A stretch of DNA of 64,000 nucleotides from contig JAFLCY010000004.1 of assembly GCA_017303485.1 (NCBI GenBank), positions 6,392-70,391 on the forward strand, in the 5' to 3' direction. The DNA comes from Rhodobacterales bacterium (GTDB taxonomy: Bacteria; Pseudomonadota; Alphaproteobacteria; Rhodobacterales; Rhodobacteraceae). Within the stretch, counting starts at the first letter, position 1. Each line of letters begins with the position of its first letter. The notes below the pieces were generated by a model. That model was not told the DNA's origin, made no database searches, and was given only the letters and a program-made list of their open reading frames with translations. The position numbers were made by a program, and so were the translations under genes. Of this stretch, positions 27,062 through 42,900 are shown piece by piece.

Positions 27062-28615
27062 TCACTCCACATGATGCGCGACCTCCATGCCATGTGCCCC
27101 GCCCATCATCAGGCCGATCTCGTCCATCGTCAGACCCTCGGTGGGCCTGGGCTTCGTCAGCCGCCCCTCGTTCAGCGCGGCAAAGCTGTCCGACACCTCC
27201 AAAAGCTCGTCGAGGTCCTGGCTGATCACCACCACCGCAGCACCTTCGCCCGCCCGGTCGAGGATCGACTGTCGGATCTGCGCCGCCGCCGCCGCATCCA
27301 CGCCCCAGGTCGGCTGGTTGATCACGATCACGCTCGCGCCCTGCATCAACTCGCGCCCCATCAGGAATTTCTGCAGGTTCCCGCCCGACAGCGCCCGTGC
27401 CGCCACATCCGGGCCGGGGGTGCGCACGTCATATCCCGCGATGATCTCTTCAGCGAAAGCCCGCGTTCCGGCCCAGTCGACAAAGCCGTTCTTCACCAGC
27501 CCCTTGCGGACCCCCGCCGTCAGGAAGGCGTTCTCCACCAAAGACATGTCCGGTGCCGCCGCATGGCCGTAGCGATCCTCCGGTGCGGCCACCAGCCCGG
27601 CCTTGCGCCGGTCCACCGGCCCCAGATCGCCCACCGCATGGCCCGCGATCCGCACCTTGTCCGGTGCGGCCTTCAACTCACCCGATAATGCGAGCAAAAG
27701 CTCATCTTGTCCGTTTCCGGCCACCCCGGCGATGCCCAGAACCTCGCCCTTCGCCACCGTGAAGCTGATCCCTTTCAGCGAAGTGCCGAACTGGATCGGC
27801 GACTCCGCCGAAAGGTCCGAAACGCCCAGCGCCACCTCGCCCTTTTCCGCCGCCCGCCGCTCCGGCGTCTTCAGCGCCTCCCCGACCATCAGCTCCGCCA
27901 GTTCACGCGCGGTCTTTTCGCGCGGGGTGCAGGTAGCCACCACTTTGCCGCGCCGCAGGATCGTAGCCTCGTCGCAGAGGCTGCGGATCTCCTCCAGCTT
28001 GTGGCTGATATACAGGATCGCCGTCCCCTCGGCCGAAAGCTGCCGCAGCGTGCGGAACAGGATCTCCACCTCCTGCGGCGTCAACACCGAGGTCGGCTCG
28101 TCCATGATCAACAGCTTCGGGTCCTGCAGCAGGCACCGGATGATCTCCACCCGCTGCCGCTCCCCCGCCGACAGGTCGCCAACCATCCGCGACGGGTCCA
28201 AGGGCAGCCCGTATTCCTCGCTGACCGCCCTGATCCGCGCCGAAAGCTCCCGCATCGGCGGTGGGTTCTCCATGCCCAGCGCGACGTTCTCCGCCACGTT
28301 CAGCGCCTCGAACAGGCTGAAGTGCTGGAACACCATCGCCACGCCCAACCGCCGCGCCCCCGCCGGTTTCGCCGGAGTGTAGGCCGCCCCGCGCAGCGTC
28401 ATCTGGCCAGAGTCGGGCCGGATCAGACCATAGATCATCTTGACCATGGTCGACTTGCCCGCCCCGTTCTCACCCAGAAGCGCGTGAATCTCGCCCTCTC
28501 CGATCGAGAAGGACACATCGCTGTTCGCCACCACGCCCGGATAGGCCTTGGTGATTCCGCTTACCTTCAGCAGTTCAGGCCGAACGCCCGTGCTGCCCTT
28601 TTCCATCCCTGTCAT
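27062..28615 (-). CDS. Nucleoside ABC transporter ATP-binding protein (two ABC domains)
   Basis: GENGAGKST, LSAGERQRVEI, DEPT, LSGGNLQK. Confidence 0.93.
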   Translation of the reverse strand: MTGMEKGSTGVRPELLKVSGITKAYPGVVANSDVSFSIGEGEIHALLGENGAGKSTMVKMIYGLIRPDSGQMTLRGAAYTPAKPAGARRLGVAMVFQHFSLFEALNVAENVALGMENPPPMRELSARIRAVSEEYGLPLDPSRMVGDLSAGERQRVEIIRCLLQDPKLLIMDEPTSVLTPQEVEILFRTLRQLSAEGTAILYISHKLEEIRSLCDEATILRRGKVVATCTPREKTARELAELMVGEALKTPERRAAEKGEVALGVSDLSAESPIQFGTSLKGISFTVAKGEVLGIAGVAGNGQDELLLALSGELKAAPDKVRIAGHAVGDLGPVDRRKAGLVAAPEDRYGHAAAPDMSLVENAFLTAGVRKGLVKNGFVDWAGTRAFAEEIIAGYDVRTPGPDVAARALSGGNLQKFLMGRELMQGASVIVINQPTWGVDAAAAAQIRQSILDRAGEGAAVVVISQDLDELLEVSDSFAALNEGRLTKPRPTEGLTMDEIGLMMGGAHGMEVAHHVE

Positions 28616-29543
28616 CCGCGATCTCCGTCTCGGATTTGTGTTTGTTCTTCAATAGTTGTTGTGCCACTCCGATGGCAATCGCCTGCGGGTGCTTGCCCAG
28701 GCTCACGTCCCCGATGGGGCAGGTAATCCGGTTGATCTCAAGCCGGGAGTGACCCAGCGCCGCCAGACGCGACCGGAAGCGCGCCCATTTGGTTGCCGAC
28801 CCGATCAGCCCCAGCCAGCGGAACCCCCGGCCCAGCAGCCGGTGACACAGTTCCAGGTCCAGCGCATGCGAATAGGTGACGATCAGATGCTCCGCCGTCA
28901 CCGGCGCATGCGCCGCCAGCGCCTCCGGTTCGCGCGCCCAGACCGGGGTCACCCCCTCCGGCACCTCGCCCGGAAACCGCTCCGGCCCGGTATCCACCCA
29001 GGTCAACGCGATCCCCGGCAAGGGCGCCAGCACATTGACCAGCGCCCGGCCGACATGCCCCGCGCCCCAGATCCAGACCTGCCGCTCGGCCTCGGCCATG
29101 GGTTCCACCAGCCAGCCCGCGACCAGCCCGGGCGCAGGCTTCACGCCCTGACCGCGAGCCGCCGCCAGCACCCGTTTCACCGCCAGCGGCATCGTGCCCG
29201 GCCCGCGCGCCACGACACCCGCCACCGTTTCCGGCAGCGCATCGAAAATCTCGCTCCACAGGGTCACTGCCCCGCCGCAGCACTGGCCCAGCGCCGGACC
29301 CAGCGGCACCCGCTCGACCCGTGGCTCCGCAGACAAGGCACCTGCCGCCAGCCAGTCCCGTGCCTTCGTCACCGCCGCGAATTCCAAAGCCCCACCGCCG
29401 ATAGTGCCCGACTGCCCGCCTTCCCAGACCAGCATCGCCGCGCCCACCTCGCGCGGGGACGATCCGTCATGCGCGGCAATCACCACCCGTGCGACGCGCC
29501 CATGGGCGGCCAGCGCGGCGGACAGGGCGGCAAGGTCAAACAC
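28575..29543 (-). CDS. xdhC: Xanthine dehydrogenase accessory protein XdhC
   Basis: GSSPRE, GTIGGGALE, LGQCCGG, GAGHVG, GLIGSATK, CPIG. Confidence 0.93.
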   Translation of the reverse strand: MFDLAALSAALAAHGRVARVVIAAHDGSSPREVGAAMLVWEGGQSGTIGGGALEFAAVTKARDWLAAGALSAEPRVERVPLGPALGQCCGGAVTLWSEIFDALPETVAGVVARGPGTMPLAVKRVLAAARGQGVKPAPGLVAGWLVEPMAEAERQVWIWGAGHVGRALVNVLAPLPGIALTWVDTGPERFPGEVPEGVTPVWAREPEALAAHAPVTAEHLIVTYSHALDLELCHRLLGRGFRWLGLIGSATKWARFRSRLAALGHSRLEINRITCPIGDVSLGKHPQAIAIGVAQQLLKNKHKSETEIADDRDGKGQHGRSA

Positions 29544-31863
29544 CCTCGACCCTCCGCACAGCCATCAGCACCCGCTCCGCCGTCGCCGGGGCGTCCAGCG
29601 CCGGGTACACCGACCCGTCGCCACAAGCCGCCACCGCATCCGACAGGGCATAAAGCGCCGAGATTCCCAGCATGAACGGAGGTTCCCCCACCGCCTTCGA
29701 CTTGCCGACCGAGTCTTCCCGGTTCGCCTTGCCCCACAGCGCCACCCGGAAATCCCGGGGCCGGTCCGAACAGGCCGGAATCTTGTAGGTACTGGGGGCA
29801 TGGGTCGTCAGCCTCCCCTTCCCGTCCCAGACCAATTCCTCGGTCGTCAGCCAGCCCGCGCCCTGCACATAGGCACCCTCGACCTGACCGATATCCAGGG
29901 CCGGGTTCAGGCTGGTCCCGGTGTCATGCAGGATATCCACCCGCAGGATACGGTTCTCGCCGGTCAGCCGGTCGATGACCACCTCGGTCACCGCCGCGCC
30001 ATAGGCGAAGTAGAAGAACGGCCGCCCCGCGCCCTTGACCCGGTCCCAGACGATCTTCGGCGTGGCATAGAACCCGGTCGAGGACAGGCTGACTCGCGCC
30101 TGATAGGCCCAGGCCACCACCTGCGCGAAAGGATAGGTCTCGCCCGCCACCTTCACCATGCCATCGACGAAGGTCACCGTCTCCGGCTTGACCTGATGCC
30201 TTTCGGCCATGAACTCCGCCAGCCGCGCCTTGATCGTCTCCGCCGCCGCCTTCGCCGCCATCCCGTTCAGGTCCGACCCCGAAGACGCCGCCGTGGCCGA
30301 GGTATTCGGCACTTTCGCGGTATCGGTCGCGGTGATCTTCACCACCCCCGCATCCACCCCGAAGACCGATGCCGTCACCTGCGCGACCTTCTGGAACAGC
30401 CCCTGTCCCATCTCGGTCCCGCCATGGTTCAGCGCGATGGAGCCGTCCTGATAGACATGCACCAAGGCCCCCGCCTGGTTCAGCCAGGTCAGAGTGAAGC
30501 TGATCCCGAACTTCACCGGCGTCAGCGCAATCCCCCGCTTCAACACGGGCGAGCCTGCGTTCCACGCAGCAATCTCCGCCTTCCGCGCCCGGTAGCCAGA
30601 GGTCCGCTCCAGCTCTGCCACCAGCTCATGCCCGATGAAATCCTCCACCGGCATGTGATAGGGCGTGGTCTGCGGTATTTTCTGTCCGGAAATATCCCCG
30701 CCGGAGGCTCCGGCATCAGCCATCTCGCGGTAGAAATTGGCCTTGCGCACCTCCAGCGGTTCCCGCCCGACGGCATAGGCCACATGGTCCATCACCCGCT
30801 CGATCCCGACCATCCCCTGCGGCCCGCCGAAGCCGCGATAGGCGGTGGCGCTACAGGTGTTGGTCTTCAGCCGGTGCGATTCAATGCGGATATGCGGCAG
30901 GTGATAACAGTTGTCGGCGTGCAGCATCGCCCGGTCCGCGACCGGCATCGACAGATCCAGCGACCAGCCACAGCGGAAAAGATGGGTGAACTCCAGCCCC
31001 AGGATGCGCCCCTGATCATCCACCCCCGCGCGATACAGGATGCGCAGGTCGTGCCGCTTGCCGGTGATCACCATGTCGTCGTCGCGGTCATAGCGCATCC
31101 GGCACGGACGACCCGTCGCACGCGCCGCCACCGCGCAGGCAATCGCCAGCGCGTTGCCCTGAGACTCCTTGCCGCCGAACCCGCCGCCCATCCGCCGGAC
31201 CTCCACGCGCACCGCGCTCATCGGCAGATGCAGCGCATGGGCGACCTTGTGCTGCACTTCCGTCGGGTGCTGGGTCGAGGAATGGACGATCATGTCGCCA
31301 CCCTCGGTCGGCGTCGCCGCCGCGACCTGGCCTTCCAGGTAGAAATGCTCCTGCCCGCCGACCTCGAACGATCCTTCGACAAGATGCGGGGCACCGGAAA
31401 TCCCGGCTGCTGCGTCACCCTTTTGCCAGATGATCGGCCCGCCTTCGAACCGGCTGTCCGCCGCCAGCGCCGCGTCCACGGTCAACAGGGCGGGCAACTC
31501 ACGGTAGGTGATCTTGCCCAGCCGGGCTGCCTTGCGCGCCGCCAGATGACTGTCGGCGACGACCAGAAACACCGGCTGGCCGACGTAATGCACCGTGCCC
31601 ACCGCCAGAAGCGGCTCGTCATGTGCGGAAGGTGAGCAATCCGGCATGTCCGGCAAGTCTTCCGCCGACAGCACCGCCACGACCCCCGGCGCCGCCCGCA
31701 CGGCGGAAAGGTCGATCCCGGCGATCTCGCCATGCGCGACCGTGGACAGACCGAAGGCCAGGTGCAGGGCATTGGCCGGGAAGGGCAGGTCGTCGATATA
31801 GCGCGCCTGCCCGCTGACATGCAGCGGCGCCGCGTCATGCGGCAAGGGTTTGCCCACGCTCAT
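29536..31863 (-). CDS. xdhB: Xanthine dehydrogenase molybdopterin-binding subunit
   Basis: [43 protein letters not shown]. Confidence 0.96.
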   Translation of the reverse strand: MSVGKPLPHDAAPLHVSGQARYIDDLPFPANALHLAFGLSTVAHGEIAGIDLSAVRAAPGVVAVLSAEDLPDMPDCSPSAHDEPLLAVGTVHYVGQPVFLVVADSHLAARKAARLGKITYRELPALLTVDAALAADSRFEGGPIIWQKGDAAAGISGAPHLVEGSFEVGGQEHFYLEGQVAAATPTEGGDMIVHSSTQHPTEVQHKVAHALHLPMSAVRVEVRRMGGGFGGKESQGNALAIACAVAARATGRPCRMRYDRDDDMVITGKRHDLRILYRAGVDDQGRILGLEFTHLFRCGWSLDLSMPVADRAMLHADNCYHLPHIRIESHRLKTNTCSATAYRGFGGPQGMVGIERVMDHVAYAVGREPLEVRKANFYREMADAGASGGDISGQKIPQTTPYHMPVEDFIGHELVAELERTSGYRARKAEIAAWNAGSPVLKRGIALTPVKFGISFTLTWLNQAGALVHVYQDGSIALNHGGTEMGQGLFQKVAQVTASVFGVDAGVVKITATDTAKVPNTSATAASSGSDLNGMAAKAAAETIKARLAEFMAERHQVKPETVTFVDGMVKVAGETYPFAQVVAWAYQARVSLSSTGFYATPKIVWDRVKGAGRPFFYFAYGAAVTEVVIDRLTGENRILRVDILHDTGTSLNPALDIGQVEGAYVQGAGWLTTEELVWDGKGRLTTHAPSTYKIPACSDRPRDFRVALWGKANREDSVGKSKAVGEPPFMLGISALYALSDAVAACGDGSVYPALDAPATAERVLMAVRRVEGV

Positions 31864-33233
31864 GCCGTCACCTCCAGCACCGAAACCGGCGTTCCGTTCA
31901 GGTCTTGGAAATAGCGCCGCATCAGGTTCTGCGCCGTCAGCATCCGGTAGCCCGCACTCGCGCGCATGTCGGTCATCGGGGTGAAATCCCCCGCCATCGC
32001 CTCTGCCGCCGCCTCGACCGTGGCTTCGGTCCAGTCACGCCCCACCAGTGCCGCTTCCGCCATCGCAGCCCGCTTCGGCACCCCCGCCATACCCCCGAAC
32101 GCGATCCGCGCTTCGATAACCCGGCCATCCTCGACCGTCACGTTGAAGCACCCGCAGACCGCCGAGATATCCTGGTCGAACCGCTTGGAAATCTTGTAGC
32201 AGCGCAGCGCATCGGCCCGCTCGGGGAAGGACACCCCCGCCACGAACTCGCCCGGCATCCGGTCCTGCTTGCGATACTCGATGAAGAAATCCTCCAGCGG
32301 CATCGACCGCATCTCGTCGCCCCGGCGCAGATGCAGCGTGGCCCCAAGCGCGATCAGCGCCGGAGGCCCGTCCCCGATGGGCGAGCCGTTCGCGATGTTC
32401 CCGCCAATCGTCGCCGCGTTGCGCACCTGCACCGAAGCATAGCGCCGCAGCATCTCGCCGAACGAGGGCATCCGCTCTGCCACCGCCTCGCGTAGCGCGT
32501 CGATGGTGACGCAGGCGCCGACATGCAACTGCCCGCCCTGCACCTCGATTCCCTGCAGATCCTTGACGCCATTCAGGAACGCCACCGGCGTCAGGTCGCG
32601 CAGCTGCTTCGTCACCCACAGCCCCACATCCGTCGCGCCCGCCACCAGAACGGCATCCGGGTTGGCCAGGTACCAGTCCGCCAAAGCATCGGAATCCGCA
32701 GGCCGGAACACCCCCGCCTCGCCCGCCGCAAATTCCGCGACTGCCGCGCGGTCGGCCTTCATCCACTCCGGCACGGCTTCCCCCGCCGCCGCTTCCGCCG
32801 CCCGGATGATCGGCGCATAGCCGGTGCAGCGGCACAGGTTCCCCGCCAGCGCATCATCATGCGCCCGGTCGCCGTTCAGATGCGCAACCGCCATCGACAC
32901 CACAAAGCCCGGCGTGCAGAACCCGCACTGCGACCCGTGATGCGACACCATCGCCACCTGCACCGGATGCATCTCACCCTTCGGTCCCGAGATCCCCTCG
33001 ACCGTCCGCACCGCCTTGCCATGCAGTTGCGGCAGGAACAGGATGCAGGCGTTCAGCGCCTTCGACCCCGAGGCATCCGTCACCATCACGGTGCAGGCCC
33101 CGCAGTCGCCTTCGTTGCAGCCTTCCTTGGTCCCGGTCAGGCCGCCCGAACGCAGCCAATCAAGGAGCGTCCGCGTCGGGGCCTCCCCCTCGATGCGAAC
33201 CGGCGTTCCGTTCAACAGAAACGCTATGCTCAT
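31860..33233 (-). CDS. xdhA: Xanthine dehydrogenase small (FeS/FAD) subunit
   Basis: [45 protein letters not shown]. Confidence 0.96.
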   Translation of the reverse strand: MSIAFLLNGTPVRIEGEAPTRTLLDWLRSGGLTGTKEGCNEGDCGACTVMVTDASGSKALNACILFLPQLHGKAVRTVEGISGPKGEMHPVQVAMVSHHGSQCGFCTPGFVVSMAVAHLNGDRAHDDALAGNLCRCTGYAPIIRAAEAAAGEAVPEWMKADRAAVAEFAAGEAGVFRPADSDALADWYLANPDAVLVAGATDVGLWVTKQLRDLTPVAFLNGVKDLQGIEVQGGQLHVGACVTIDALREAVAERMPSFGEMLRRYASVQVRNAATIGGNIANGSPIGDGPPALIALGATLHLRRGDEMRSMPLEDFFIEYRKQDRMPGEFVAGVSFPERADALRCYKISKRFDQDISAVCGCFNVTVEDGRVIEARIAFGGMAGVPKRAAMAEAALVGRDWTEATVEAAAEAMAGDFTPMTDMRASAGYRMLTAQNLMRRYFQDLNGTPVSVLEVTA

Positions 33234-33534
33234 TCGTCAGCCCGCCGCGGTCTCCCCATAAAGGCTGTCTGCGTGGCCGCCCGATGCGGCGTAAAGCGGG
33301 CCACGCGCCCATTGTCGTTGTCATTCCATCAAGCGCGGCCTGCCGATTCAAGGCAAGAACAAATTCCTCGCCAAAAGGCGAAGCTGTTTTCAGGATTTTC
33401 CGAAGATTCCGCCACAATCGGCCCGGAAAGCGGGCGTCGGTGTCCGGTTGGCCGCCTGTAGCAAGCTGGTCCCTCCCGAAGGTGGTGATCCATTGGGTCT
33501 TCCCCCACCGCCCCGGGCCGGGTAACCCTTGTCC

Positions 33535-36979
<3,445 letters not shown>

Positions 36980-36980
<1 letters not shown>

Positions 36981-38512
36981 TGCGCCGTTTCTTCGTGATC
37001 CTTCTTTTTCTTGTTCTCGCCCTGGCCCTGGCGCGCTACCTCTTGCGCCTGCCTTCGAACGAGGGTCGGACCGAAACCCACTCCATCGCACCCGACCCCG
37101 CGACCCCGCTCGGGAGCGCCGTGCTGCCCCAGGCCGCTGCCCATCCCGGTCTCAGCGGCATTCGCCCGCTCTGGCCCGGGATCGAGGCCTATGCCGCCCG
37201 CATGGCGCTGGCCCGCGCCGCCGAACAGTCGATCGACGCCCGCTACTACATCTGGCAACGCGACAGCACCGGCCTTTCGCTTCTGAAGGAACTGAAAGCC
37301 GCCGCCGACCGTGGCGTCCGCGTCCGCCTGCTGGTCGACGACAACGGCACCCCCGACCTCGACGCTGAGCTTACCGCCCTGAACACGCTGCCGACCTTCG
37401 AGGTCCGCGTGTTCAACCCGTTCTCCCTGCGCTCCCCCCGCGCGCTGTCCTATCTCCTCGACTTCCCGCGCATCAACCGGCGGATGCACAACAAGTCCTT
37501 CACCGTGGACGGCGTCGCCACCATCGTCGGCGGCCGCAACATCGGCGACATCTATTTCGCCCGCGATGCCGAGACCCAGTATTCCGACTTCGACGTGCTG
37601 GCCACCGGCGCCGTCGTGGACGCGGTCGCCACGGATTTCGACGCCTACTGGAACAGCGCCGGCGCCTATCCGCACGAAATTCTCGTCACCCCACCCCCCG
37701 ACCTTTCCGCCCTCGACACCGCCTCGACCGAGGCAGAGGCCGACCCCGATACCGCCGCCTACGCCCGGTCGGTCAGCGAAAGCCGCCTCGTCCAAGGCAT
37801 GCTCGCCAACACGCTCGAACTCGAATGGGTCCCGGTCACCCTCCTCTCCGACGATCCCCGCAAGGCCCTGGGCGACGCCCCCGCGGGCACGCTCCTCGCC
37901 ACCGCCCTAGGCCCGCTTATCGGCCAGGCCCGGCAGTCCATCGACGTGATCTCCGCCTATTTCGTCCCCGGCCGCGAGGGCACCGAGCGCCTCGCCTTCG
38001 CCGCCCGCCAGGGCCTCCGCGTCCGCATCCTGACGAACAGCCTCGAAGCCACCGACGTCCTCCCCGTCCACGCCGCCTATGGCAAGTACCGCGCGCCCCT
38101 CCTCTCTGCCGGTGTCGAGGTCTACGAGCTTCGCCGTACCCCCCGCAGCGAGGAGGAACGCAAGGCGCTCGGCCTCCTCGGCAGTTCCGGCGCGAGCCTC
38201 CATGCCAAGGTCTTCGCCGTCGACCGCCGCGCCGTCTTCGTCGGCTCCTTCAACTTCGACCCCCGCTCGGTCTGGCTGAACTGCGAGATGGGCTTCTGGA
38301 TCGAAAGCCCCACCCTCGCCGATGCCATTGCGGGCGCGCTTGACGGTGGCGCCGCCGACGCCTCCTGGCAGGTCGGCCTCAACCCCGACGGTGCCCTCAC
38401 CTGGACCGGCACCGACGCCACCACCCCGGTCAGCGACGAACCCGGCTCCAACGCGATCAAGCGCTTCGCCCTCGGTCTACTTGCCCGCCTGCCGATCGAA
38501 TGGATGATGTAG
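36980..38512 (+). CDS. Phospholipase D family protein (ClsC/YmdC-like)
   Basis: Two HKD motifs (RMHNKSFTVD, LHAKVFAVD), GGRNIG, GSFNFDPRS, N-terminal TM anchor. Confidence 0.9.
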
Positions 38513-38817
38513 CCGCATCCCGGTGGTTCGGCCGACCCCGATCAGGTCCTGTGCCGCCACTATCGGCTGGATCGCATCTCGCAGATATCGCCGCCGGGAT
38601 GGCGCATTCATCCGTTCGTTCTGGCTCAGAAGAAACTTCGACCTCCTTCTTTGTATCGAGGTTCCCTCCGCACCCCTGAAGGAATGCAGGAAAGCACAAG
38701 CAGTGTTTTATCCTGCGCTTGCACTTCTGAAGTTCTTCTCCAATGTTAATGTGGCACCAAACCGCTTCGGGTCTCGCGCCGGCCCGTTTCCCTTTCTTTT
38801 TCAGACAAGAGACAGAC

Positions 38818-39912
38818 ATGTTTAAACGCCTGTTCATTGCCGTGATCCTGCTTGGTCTGATCGCCGGGGGTATCGTCTGGTTCAAATCCTTCCGCGAAGG
38901 GATGATCGCACAGTTCATGGCGGCGGCAGTGCCGCCGCCGGTGCCTGTCACGGTCATGACCGTCGAGCCGATGGAATGGAAGCCAGGTTTCGAAGCGGTG
39001 GGCACGGCGATTTCCGCGCGTGGGGTTGACCTGGCCATCGAATCCAGCGGCCTGATTGGAAGCATTGATTTCGCGTCGAACGACATAGTGACCGAGGGTC
39101 AGGTTCTGCTTCAGATCGATGACAAGGCAGAACGCGCGGGACTGGCTGCGGGCGAGGCCGCGCTTTCCGTGGCTCGGGCCGAGGCGGACAGAGCGCAGAC
39201 GCTGACCTCGCGAGGGGTTGGCGCGGCGACCACGCTGGAAGCAGCCGCAGCGCAGGTGGAAAGCGCGCTGGCGCAGGTGGCCCAGCTGCAGACGTCGCTT
39301 GATGCCAAACAATCCCGCGCACCCTTTGGGGGCATGGTCGGGATTCCGCGGGTCGAGGAAGGCCAGTACGTCGTGCCGGGAACGATCTACGCGACGCTGC
39401 AGGACCTTGAACGGATGTATGTTGATTTCACCATACCGGAACAACAGCTCGCGGTCGTCGCGCTGGACCAGACGGTCACGGTCACGACCGAAGTCGATGC
39501 CTTCAGCGCCGATGGCAAGATCATCGCGATCGAACCGCAGGTCGACCCGAATTCGCGCCTGGTCAAGGTTCGGGCCGAGGTGAGCAATCCCTCGGGCAAG
39601 CTCTTGCCGGGGCAGTTCCTGCGGGTGCGTGTGGCGCTGCCGGTCGAAGCGGGCGTGATCGCCTTGCCGCAGACCGCCATCGTCGCAAGCCTCTACGGCA
39701 GCTATGTCTATGTCCTGCGCAAGGGCGAGGGTGACGCGCTGACTGCCGATCAGGTCTTTGTCCAGACCGGGCGACGCAACGGTGGCCAGATCGAGGTGAC
39801 CTCGAACCTCGCGGCCGGAGATCAGATCGTGACATCAGGGCAGAACCGGTTGTCGAACGGAGCAGCGGTTGCGATCGACGACTCCGTCGATCTGACGACA
39901 GCCGGCGAATAG
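38818..39912 (+). CDS. RND efflux periplasmic adaptor (MFP)
   Basis: N-terminal TM helix, lipoyl-like halves, RAPFGG.VG, LLPGQF. Confidence 0.92.
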   Translation: MFKRLFIAVILLGLIAGGIVWFKSFREGMIAQFMAAAVPPPVPVTVMTVEPMEWKPGFEAVGTAISARGVDLAIESSGLIGSIDFASNDIVTEGQVLLQIDDKAERAGLAAGEAALSVARAEADRAQTLTSRGVGAATTLEAAAAQVESALAQVAQLQTSLDAKQSRAPFGGMVGIPRVEEGQYVVPGTIYATLQDLERMYVDFTIPEQQLAVVALDQTVTVTTEVDAFSADGKIIAIEPQVDPNSRLVKVRAEVSNPSGKLLPGQFLRVRVALPVEAGVIALPQTAIVASLYGSYVYVLRKGEGDALTADQVFVQTGRRNGGQIEVTSNLAAGDQIVTSGQNRLSNGAAVAIDDSVDLTTAGE

Positions 39913-39921
39913 GGGCAACCG

Positions 39922-42900
39922 ATGCATTTCTCGGAAATCTTCATTCGGCGACCCGTCCTGTCCACGGTTCTGGCGGCGCTGATCCTGTTCCTCGGGCTCG
40001 CCTCGGTGCTGAACCTGCCGGTGCGGCAGTATCCGGAAGTCTCGGAAAGCGTGATCACGATCACCACCATCTATCCCGGCGCTTCGCCCGACCTGATCCA
40101 GGGCTTCGTCACTTCGCCGATCGCTGCCGCCGTCTCGACCACCGAGAATGTCGAATACATCACAAGCCAGTCGCGACAGTCGGCCTCGGTCGTCACCGTG
40201 CAGATGCAGCTTGGCGCCGACCCCGACGTCGCGTTGACCGAAGTGATGTCCAAGGTGCAGCAAGTCAGTGGCCAGTTGCCGCAAGACACCGAGGATCCGG
40301 TGATCGTCAAAGGAACCGGACAAACCTTCGCGCTCATGTATCTCGCGGTGCAGAACCCGAACATGTCGCCCGAGGAGCTGAACGAATATCTTGAACGTGT
40401 AGTTCGGCCACGGGTGACGAACATTCAGGGCGTCGCGCAGATGGATATCCTGGGCGCACAGAAGTTCGCGATGCGCGTCTGGCTTGACCCGCTCAAACTG
40501 TCGTCGCGCGGTGTGACTGCGCCCGAGGTGCTGGCAGCGATCCGGTCGTCGAATTTCCTGTCCGCTCCCGGAAAGACCGAGAACGAATATTTCACCTATT
40601 CGCTGACCCTGGACAGCACGATCCAGACCCCCGAATCCTTCGGTGCATTGCCTTTGGTGCAGGGCGAGAACGGCGTGGTGCGTCTGCGCGACGTCGCCCG
40701 GATCGAGCTTGCCTCGGGCACGACCGACGCGATCGTGACCTTCGCGGGCGAACCCGGCACTTTCATCGGCATTATCCCCGCGCCCGGCGAGAACCAGCTT
40801 GATGTCGCAACGAATGTCAACGAGGCGCTCCCGTCGCTGATTTCCACGCTGCCGCAGGGAATGACGATCAGCCTGGTCTACGATTCGACCGAGACGATCT
40901 CGGCCTCGATTTCCGAGGTTTTCGCGACCATCGCCGAGGCCGTGGTCATCGTGATGATTGTGATCCTGTTGTTCCTGGGGTCGTTCCGGTCGGTCGTCAT
41001 GCCGATCGTGACCATCCCGCTGTCGCTGATCGGCGTCTGCGCGATCATGCTTGCGCTGGGCTATTCGATCAACCTCCTGACGCTCCTCGCGATGGTGCTT
41101 GCCATCGGCCTCGTCGTGGACGACGCCATCGTGGTGGTGGAGAACATACACCGCCACATTGACGACGGGATGCGACCCGCTCAGGCGGCTATCGTCGGCA
41201 TGAAAGAGATTACAGGCCCGGTGATTGCGATGACGATCACGCTTGCGGCCGTGCTGACGCCTCTGGCTTTCACGGGGGGTCTTACGGGGGCGCTGTTCAC
41301 CGAATTCGCGCTGACGCTGGCCGGGTCGGTCATCATCTCCGGCCTGGTCGCCCTGACCATCACCCCCGCCATGTCCGCACGCATCCTGCATTCGGGCGAA
41401 CCGGGCCGTTTCCAGCGTATTGTGGACCGCACGTTGAACGGACTGTCCAACTGGTACGAACGCCGCGTGTCCTCTTCGCTGGATTACCGCCCGGTCACGC
41501 TGCTCATGGTTGCAGTCCTTCTGGGCGTCACCGGCTTCATGTTTGTCAACACCTCGTCCGAACTGGCGCCTGAAGAAGACAGTGGGGCGCTGTTCGCGAT
41601 CATGAACGGCCCGCGGTATGCGACCCTGTCCTACACCGACGCCTTCACCCAGGAAGTCGCCCGGCGCACGGCCGGGATCGAGGAAACACGGACATCCTTC
41701 TCGGTCGCAGGGATGGGCGGTGCCGCGAATACCGGCTTTTATATCTGGGCTCTCAAGGACTGGGCCGAACGCGAGCGCAGCCAGAAAGAGATCCAGCAGG
41801 AAATCCAGGGCATTCTTGACGGGACCCCGGGCCTGCAGAGCTTTGTCTTCGCCCCACCGTCGCTTCCGGGCGCAGGGGGCGGTCTGCCCATCGCCATGGT
41901 GATCCAGTCGATCCACAATCCCGAACGCGTGGTCGAGATCGCCGACGAGATTCGCGCCAAGGCGATGCAGTCTGGCATGTTCATCGTGGTGCAGAACAGC
42001 CTGTCCTTCGACGCCCCTCAGGTGCGCGTCACCATCGACCGGGACCGGGCCGCGCTGCTTGGCGTGTCGGTCAGCGACATAGGCTCGACCCTGGGTCTTC
42101 TGGTTGGCGGCGGGGCGGTGGCGCAGTTCGACCGCGATTCGAACAGCTATGACATCATCACCCAGGTCCCGCAGGATTGGCGCGACAACCCCGAACGGCT
42201 GGGAGAGTTCTTTGTCCGGGCGCGGTCCGGCGCGATGATCCCGCTGTCGTCGATCGTGTCGATCACGCCCACGGCTGCGGCCGCCTCGATCGAGCAGTTC
42301 AACCAGCTGAACTCCGCTTCGCTGACGGCCATGCCGATGATCGGCCTGTCGACCGGCGTGGCGCTGGCCGAGCTGGAGCGGATTGCCGATGAAGTGCTGC
42401 CCGATGGGTTCTTCATCGACTATTCCGGCCAGTCCCGGCTGGAGAAATCCGAGGGCAACACGATCATCCTGGCGTTCGGCGCGGCGTTGGTCGTGATCTA
42501 CCTCGTGCTGGCCGCGCAGTTTGAAAGCTTCCGGGATCCGTTCATCATCCTGATGTCGGTGCCCCTGTCGATTTTCGGCGCCATGCTGCCGCTGTATTTC
42601 GGGCTGAGTACGCTGAACATCTACACGCAGGTCGGGTTGATCACCCTGATCGGCCTGATCACCAAGCACGGCATCCTGATGGTCGAGTTCGCCAACCAGC
42701 AACGCGAGACCAGGCATGCCTCGCGGCGGGAGGCCATTGTCGCGGCGGCCAAGACGCGTCTGCGCCCGATCCTGATGACGACGGCGGCGATGGCGCTGGC
42801 CGTGGTTCCGCTGATCATCGCCGAAGGCGCGGGTGCCGCAGCACGGCAGGCCATGGGCCTGGTGATCTTTACCGGCCTTCTGATCGGGACGATGTTCACC

